A DNA stretch of 32,000 bases from contig CP104013.1 in NCBI GenBank assembly GCA_025839675.1, positions 720,001 to 752,000 of the forward strand. The letters are read 5' to 3'. The position numbers were made by a program, and so were the translations under genes. The notes under the pieces are model-generated. The model made no database searches and was not told the DNA's origin. It saw only the letters and a list, made by a program, of their open reading frames with translations. How positions within the stretch are numbered: position 1 is the stretch's first letter; every line of letters begins with the position of its first letter. Below, piece by piece: positions 26,827 to 32,000 of the stretch. Source of the stretch: Candidatus Lokiarchaeum ossiferum. GTDB taxonomy: Archaea > Asgardarchaeota > Lokiarchaeia > Sigyniarchaeales > Promethearchaeaceae.

Positions 26827-28683
26827 ATGAAAAAATATTCAAAAAGAATTATAGTGTTCATATTAATGATGTGGTTACAATATCCAATCAGTTTGGTGCA
26901 AGCAGAAGTTTACGCAGAACGCCCTTTTGTATATGGATTTAGATTGGACACCCATTCACCATGGAATATCGATCCCCATCTAGCTTTTGATCACCAATCA
27001 CATAATTTCATAGATCAGATCTGTGAAGGACTGTTTTCATACGATTTGACCAGCCCCAACATGGCCATCCAACCGCAACTTGCTAAAAATTTTGGAAAAT
27101 GGCAAGAAAAAGAGGATGGATTTTATGGAAATCAATGGACCTACACAGTTGAATTGAAGAATAATATTAAATTTCATGATAATACTCCTTTCGATGCTTA
27201 TGATGTAGAATTCTCATTTAATCGACTACGTTATTTTTGTCAACAAGAACCTTCCACACTTTTGAATAAATTTAATCAACCCATCTACACCCAACGTTCA
27301 GAAACCCCTTTAAAAGAGATTTATCAGCCTTTAAAAAACCTATATCCAGCAACACCATATTTGATAAACACGACCAAGGCCTTGAATGAAACTTATATTG
27401 AATTCACGCTCAATTATCAGTATATTCCTTTAGAAGCTTTGCTTTGTTTTTCTGGATCATATATTTTATCAAATAGTGTTGATAGTACTCCAAAACAAAA
27501 GTATTATAATTCATCAACAGATATTTTGGTTGGAACGGGTCCATATTTTCATGTTAGTTCCTCATCATCCCAACTTAATCTGAAATTTTATAAAGACTAT
27601 TATCAAAATGATGTCCCTGATATTAAAGAAATCCACTGGACATTTTATGATGAAATTGAACTGATGAATGAAGAAATTCTAGAAGGAAAAATTGATTTTA
27701 TTAAAAATATAGATTTAAATTTCATAGAGCAATTTTTAGAAAGCAATTATCATTATAGGGGTAAAAAAATACCTGGAACAGCAATATTTTATCTCGGATT
27801 TGATTGTAATAAAATTGATATCAATACAAGAAAAGCGATGCAAAATGCAATAAACTATACTTATGTGGTTGAAGATTTGGGTCAAAATCAAATGACTTCA
27901 AAAATCCCCAAGGGAATTCGTTATCATGATGAGGCTATCTTGGAACCCAAAATGAATTTAACTGCAGCTAGATTATATATGATCCAAGCAATTGAAACTG
28001 GAGAACAAGGTCTTTCAAAACCATCTAATTGGGAATTCTTAAAAAAAAGTGATGATGATGAGGATTGGGAGGCAATTACTATTGTTACCTATAATTATAG
28101 CTACTTCATAGGAAGAGGAATTCGAGAAAGTGTTTTAGAATTAGCAAAACTTAATTTCAAAAAAATTGGGATCAAAATAGATATAAATCAATGGTATAGT
28201 GAGGGTTTTGGAGATATAGAAACGGATATTTTTATGTCTGGTTGGAATGCAAATTATAATGATCCAAGTATCTATATCAATCCTCTATTGTCAAATACAT
28301 CAATTTCAAATCTAGCTCATGTGAATGATTCCATTTTACAAAATTTGATGATTGAAGGAATAAATGAAGAAAATTTAACCAAGCGACAAGAATTATACTA
28401 TGAAATGCAACAATATATTATAGATTTGGCCCCATGGGCATTTCTTTATACTTCATATACCCAACATATCTTTTATTCAGGATGTAATGATACTGCTCAA
28501 AATCCCATGGGGAAACTTTATTTTTATCTTTGGGAGTTTGACTATTCCACCATTCCTTCTAGAATCCCAAGTTTTCCTATAATAGGTATTTTGAGTATAA
28601 TGAGCATAACAATCTCATTATTATTAAATAAACAGTTCAAGTCTATGAACGTCGAACAAATTACTAAAAATTGTGGTAAATAA
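26827..28683 (+). CDS. Family-5 solute-binding protein, paralog 2, with signal peptide and C-terminal TM anchor
   Basis: GAGGA lies upstream of the ATG. The signal peptide ends LVQA|EVYAERPFVYG. The N-lobe block is nearly identical to that of paralog 1. The C-terminus is IPSFPIIGILSIMSITISLLLNK. Confidence 0.87.
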   Translation: MKKYSKRIIVFILMMWLQYPISLVQAEVYAERPFVYGFRLDTHSPWNIDPHLAFDHQSHNFIDQICEGLFSYDLTSPNMAIQPQLAKNFGKWQEKEDGFYGNQWTYTVELKNNIKFHDNTPFDAYDVEFSFNRLRYFCQQEPSTLLNKFNQPIYTQRSETPLKEIYQPLKNLYPATPYLINTTKALNETYIEFTLNYQYIPLEALLCFSGSYILSNSVDSTPKQKYYNSSTDILVGTGPYFHVSSSSSQLNLKFYKDYYQNDVPDIKEIHWTFYDEIELMNEEILEGKIDFIKNIDLNFIEQFLESNYHYRGKKIPGTAIFYLGFDCNKIDINTRKAMQNAINYTYVVEDLGQNQMTSKIPKGIRYHDEAILEPKMNLTAARLYMIQAIETGEQGLSKPSNWEFLKKSDDDEDWEAITIVTYNYSYFIGRGIRESVLELAKLNFKKIGIKIDINQWYSEGFGDIETDIFMSGWNANYNDPSIYINPLLSNTSISNLAHVNDSILQNLMIEGINEENLTKRQELYYEMQQYIIDLAPWAFLYTSYTQHIFYSGCNDTAQNPMGKLYFYLWEFDYSTIPSRIPSFPIIGILSIMSITISLLLNKQFKSMNVEQITKNCGK

Positions 28684-30612
28684 ATGAAAAAAACTCCAAA
28701 ATCTATCATTGCGCTAATTATCATAAATTGCTTTGTAAACCCGTTCAACCTCGTTCAAGGCGAAATATATGAAGAACGCCCAATGATCTACGGAACGACT
28801 TCATTAGTTGTGGATATAGATCCCCATTATGCATGGGACAGTGCTTCCATCAATCACATTGACCAGGTGATGGAGGGACTATTCTCCTATAATCTGAAAG
28901 ATCCGAATATGGCCATTCAACCCCAACTTGCGGCAGATTTTGGCACTTGGGAAGAAGGAAAAGAAGGACTGTATGGAACTCTATGGAATTATACAGTTGA
29001 GCTAAAGACAGGAATAAAGTTTCACGATGAGACCACTTTTGGTCCTGAGGATGTGGTCTGGAGTTTTAATCGATTAAACCATTTTGTTGCCAATGAAACA
29101 CCAACCCAAATTGCAGAATTATATATGCCTTTAGAGAACTTATATCCTGCTACACCTCTATTAATCAACAAAACAATTTCTATAAATTCAACCCATATTA
29201 GATTTGTGTGTAACTACATGTATGCAGCCTTGGAAGCCTTACTTTGTTTTTCTGGGTCGGTTATAATGCCTGAAGATAAATATCCTACCGATGAATACAT
29301 AGATACTGCAACTGATGTTCTCATCGGAACTGGCCCTTATAGGCAGCATTCCAATTCAGATCGTCTAACTGAATTTATATATTGGGAGAATTATTATGGC
29401 GGATATGGAATAGAATTCCCATCCATACAGGAAATGCATTGGGTGTTATATGATGATACTACTACCTTAAATCAAGCATTTCTCGCTGGTGATATTGATG
29501 TTATTAACGGAATTAGTATGGAATTCATGGACGAATATGAAGAGAGCGACTATCACGATGTAGGCGCCCGGATGCCAGGTACAGTCATCATTTATATTGG
29601 TTTTAACTGCGAACAGATAGATCTTAACACAAGGAGAGCGATGCAAGACGCAATTAATTATTCCCACATTATAGATGAATATGGAAAAGGGGAAATCACT
29701 CAAATGACTTCAATAGTTCCAAATGGAATCAGGTACCATGATAGATCCATACCCGCTCCAATTATGAATATTACTGCGGCACGCATACATATGATTGAGG
29801 CAATTGAAGTAGGGGAACAAGGTCTTGAAAAACCCTCCAATTGGGAGTTTTTAAAAAATAACAGCATAGATGAAGAGTGGGAAGCGGTTTCAATTGCAAC
29901 TTACACATATACTTATAATTCAGGAGCATATCGCCCAAATCCTGTTGAAGAAGAATTAAAAAAGAACTTTGCAAAAATTGGAATTAATTTAGAACTCAAT
30001 GGACTGACCTGGGGACAATTTTTAGATTCTTTAGATGATGGAACGTGTCAAGTTTTTATGCTCGGATGGGGACCTGATTTCAATGACCCAAGCAATTTTA
30101 TAAATCCATTGATGTTTTCAAATTCATCGGACAATCGAGCCCATATAAATGACTCAAAATTAGACACTTATATTATTTCTGGATTAAATGAAATAAACTG
30201 GAGTAAACGAGAAGAAATCTATAAAGAATTGCAACATTATATCATAGATTTAGCCCCATGGGCATATTTATATACAAGTAATGCGAGATCGGTCTACTAT
30301 ACAGGATGTGTTAATACAGCTCGTAATCCTATGGGAAAATTGTATTTCTATTTGTGGGATTTTGATTATTCCAAAATCAAAGCGGATTTGTTTTCATTTT
30401 CCAATATTCTATATTTTATTGGGGGGGTCGGAATTTTGATCGGAACAATAATGTTATTAAAATCGCAAAAAGAATGGCGAGAGAAACAAAGGGAGAAACG
30501 GTTACAAAGAAAAGTTCAACAGTTTTTTGCGGAAAAGAATGATGTCAATAAATTCATTGATGATTTAGATGAAAACTTTACGCACTGGGATAAAAATAAG
30601 AAGCTTGAATAA
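28684..30612 (+). CDS. Family-5 solute-binding protein, paralog 3, with signal peptide, C-terminal TM and a ~50-aa charged cytoplasmic tail
   Basis: The ATG directly abuts the stop of paralog 2. It keeps the same conserved blocks (IDQVMEGLFSYNL...IQPQLAADF...YTVELKTGIKFHDET...WSFNRL; NPMGKLYFYLWDFDYS). The TM is ILYFIGGVGILIGTIMLL, followed by KSQKEWREKQREKRLQRK.... Confidence 0.87.
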   Translation: MKKTPKSIIALIIINCFVNPFNLVQGEIYEERPMIYGTTSLVVDIDPHYAWDSASINHIDQVMEGLFSYNLKDPNMAIQPQLAADFGTWEEGKEGLYGTLWNYTVELKTGIKFHDETTFGPEDVVWSFNRLNHFVANETPTQIAELYMPLENLYPATPLLINKTISINSTHIRFVCNYMYAALEALLCFSGSVIMPEDKYPTDEYIDTATDVLIGTGPYRQHSNSDRLTEFIYWENYYGGYGIEFPSIQEMHWVLYDDTTTLNQAFLAGDIDVINGISMEFMDEYEESDYHDVGARMPGTVIIYIGFNCEQIDLNTRRAMQDAINYSHIIDEYGKGEITQMTSIVPNGIRYHDRSIPAPIMNITAARIHMIEAIEVGEQGLEKPSNWEFLKNNSIDEEWEAVSIATYTYTYNSGAYRPNPVEEELKKNFAKIGINLELNGLTWGQFLDSLDDGTCQVFMLGWGPDFNDPSNFINPLMFSNSSDNRAHINDSKLDTYIISGLNEINWSKREEIYKELQHYIIDLAPWAYLYTSNARSVYYTGCVNTARNPMGKLYFYLWDFDYSKIKADLFSFSNILYFIGGVGILIGTIMLLKSQKEWREKQREKRLQRKVQQFFAEKNDVNKFIDDLDENFTHWDKNKKLE

Positions 30613-30800
30613 TTGAGGAATCCATGTTTGAGAAAATTCACTTCCTTCTGTTAATTAGCTTACTCATTAAAGAGAATAAAAAAAAAATTTTCCCTTGGGG
30701 ATAATATCTCCAGAATATCAAAATAACAACTCATTTCAATAAGTAAAGTGATCGTAATTTAATTACACACTGAGTTTCACACACTCTACTTTTTTCCCTC

Positions 30801-30825
30801 AGAAGGAACATCACACACTCCTTCT
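30801..30825. other. 7-bp perfect hairpin (agaagga-N11-tccttct) in the convergent intergenic region
   Basis: agaagga at 30801-30807 pairs with tccttct at 30819-30825. The 11-nt loop contains a CACACAC element. The hairpin lies between the 3' ends of SBP paralog 3 (+) and the wHTH regulator (-). Confidence 0.25.
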
Positions 30826-30953
30826 TTCTTCCCTTCACTTTTGAGATTTTATACATTAATTTAATGCAAGATAATTAAAACCATGTGAAGTAGGTCTTTA
30901 ATTCATTGACTAAATCCAGAAATCAACTTTATTGCAAATAAGAAGAAAAAATT

Positions 30954-31721
30954 CTAATCAAAGACAATTTTTTGACCGGACCGGGGATCAATATAAGGCG
31001 TTTTTTTATCAAAGAAGACATAAACACCTACATCCACCATTTGTCGCTCTTGATCAATTTTTAATACTTCAACCGAGATGCGTCCACCATAAATAGGAGT
31101 AATCGTTGCAGAAATCGCAGCTTCCGTTATCCCCGCAATAATATAATAATGTCCAAATCCATTTTCTTCCACAGGATCACTTGCCACATAACCACCTTCA
31201 AATTCCACAATCGCAGCCAAATGAGTTGCAGGATTTGGAAAACCATCGCTAGTTAAATGTGAAATATAGCGTGATTTTTCCACAGTACTCGCTTCCTTTA
31301 AGAGTTTTAACAAGTATTTAATAACATCATCTAATTGATGAGGTTGTTCCTTCAATCGCAGAATATTAGGTTCGGGAATTTTCAATTTGGGATAAACATA
31401 CCTTCCAATCTTCTTGAAATTTTCTTTTCCTTCAGGTTTATCAATATCCCAAATCCCTCCACCAATTTCCTTTAAACCTTGCAAAATTGCTTGGTATTGA
31501 TAACCAAGAATGGTTTGAGGTTTTAATGGTTCTTTTAACTGCCAGGTTTTATCATTGTTTTTTTGGACTAATCCACTAAGTTGTAGTACTTCGAGGTATC
31601 GATAAACAGAATTACGAGAAACATCAAGTAATTTTTGAAGGGATCCAATCCTTAATCCATCAGGATTACGCTCCAATAAATATAGGATTTTTTCTTTGAT
31701 TTCTTCTCCTTTTTTTGTCAC
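30954..31721 (-). CDS. Transcriptional regulator: N-terminal winged helix plus a C-terminal putative ligand-binding (V4R-like?) domain
   Basis: The N-terminus KILYLLERNPDGLRIGSLQKLLDVSRNSVYRYLEVLQLSGLVQKN reads as a wHTH. The C-terminal ~110 aa (GFGHYYIIAGITEAAISATITPIYGGRISVEVLKID) loosely resembles V4R-type small-molecule-binding domains. That assignment is tentative. Confidence 0.7.
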   Translation of the reverse strand: MTKKGEEIKEKILYLLERNPDGLRIGSLQKLLDVSRNSVYRYLEVLQLSGLVQKNNDKTWQLKEPLKPQTILGYQYQAILQGLKEIGGGIWDIDKPEGKENFKKIGRYVYPKLKIPEPNILRLKEQPHQLDDVIKYLLKLLKEASTVEKSRYISHLTSDGFPNPATHLAAIVEFEGGYVASDPVEENGFGHYYIIAGITEAAISATITPIYGGRISVEVLKIDQERQMVDVGVYVFFDKKTPYIDPRSGQKIVFD

Positions 31722-32000
31722 TTACAATAATCTCCTCAATAAAGTACTTTAGAAAAAAGAGACAAATATATTTAAAAATTATGCAAAAAAGTTCTAAAAT
31801 TAAGTAAAAAGTTCAAAAAAAAGTTCAATTTTTAATTAAGAAAATCTTTTTTTTAAGAGAGATAAGAAGGTCTGAAACAGATTTCTCCAAGGGAATTTGT
31901 TTAGAAAATATGAATCCTAAAGACATTCATTATTTTAAATTTGATTCATATAAATAATATAAAAAATATAGAGCTGAAACCCATACTCATTCGAAAACAA

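Overview
AT-rich chromosomal segment (about one-third G+C by eye) with 22 credible protein-coding genes. I found no rRNA, tRNA, CRISPR array, transposase or integrase. The expression signals look archaeal. TATA-like boxes sit about 25-30 nt upstream of first-gene ATGs (gpmI, fba), GGAGG Shine-Dalgarno motifs occur mainly ahead of internal operon genes (2712, 23570, 24957, 26827), and oligo-T runs follow stop codons. Some gene content also looks archaeal: C-terminally TM-anchored solute-binding proteins, membrane-embedded wHTH regulators, DUF123, and an ADP-forming acyl-CoA synthetase alpha subunit. Several core enzymes are instead of bacterial or eukaryotic type: a PlsC-like acyltransferase, class II FBP aldolase, and a long plant/kinetoplastid-like iPGM. 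That mixture fits an Asgard (Loki-like) archaeon, but this is inference from composition and gene content only.

Gene order, left to right:
- 5'-truncated giant surface protein of Ig-like repeats, translationally coupled to a cytoplasmic longin-like/winged-helix protein
- acyl-CoA synthetase alpha subunit (-)
- orphan 908-aa N6-adenine DNA methyltransferase
- PlsC-like acyltransferase
- coiled-coil/poly-proline protein with a WH2-like tail (-)
- purA
- gpmI
- GH5 glycosidase (-)
- AhpD/CMD-like protein (-)
- divergent pair of tandem-wHTH regulators, one membrane-embedded
- small hypothetical (-)
- DUF123 GIY-YIG protein
- class II fba
- CoADR-rhodanese-TusA-DsrE fusion
- same-strand cluster: small HTH/coiled-coil protein, membrane beta-helix protein, three paralogous TM-anchored family-5 solute-binding proteins with no ABC transporter genes
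- convergent wHTH regulator (-)

The best candidates for something undescribed are:
1. The HTH / beta-helix / 3xSBP cluster. The soluble HTH protein and the cytoplasmic tail of the beta-helix protein share a heptad motif.
2. The coiled-coil / poly-Pro / LKKI-tail protein, whose layout resembles eukaryotic actin-assembly factors.
3. A recurring pattern of extracytoplasmic domain, single TM and cytoplasmic tail encoded next to winged-helix proteins.

All functional calls come from motif recognition by eye. No database search was run.
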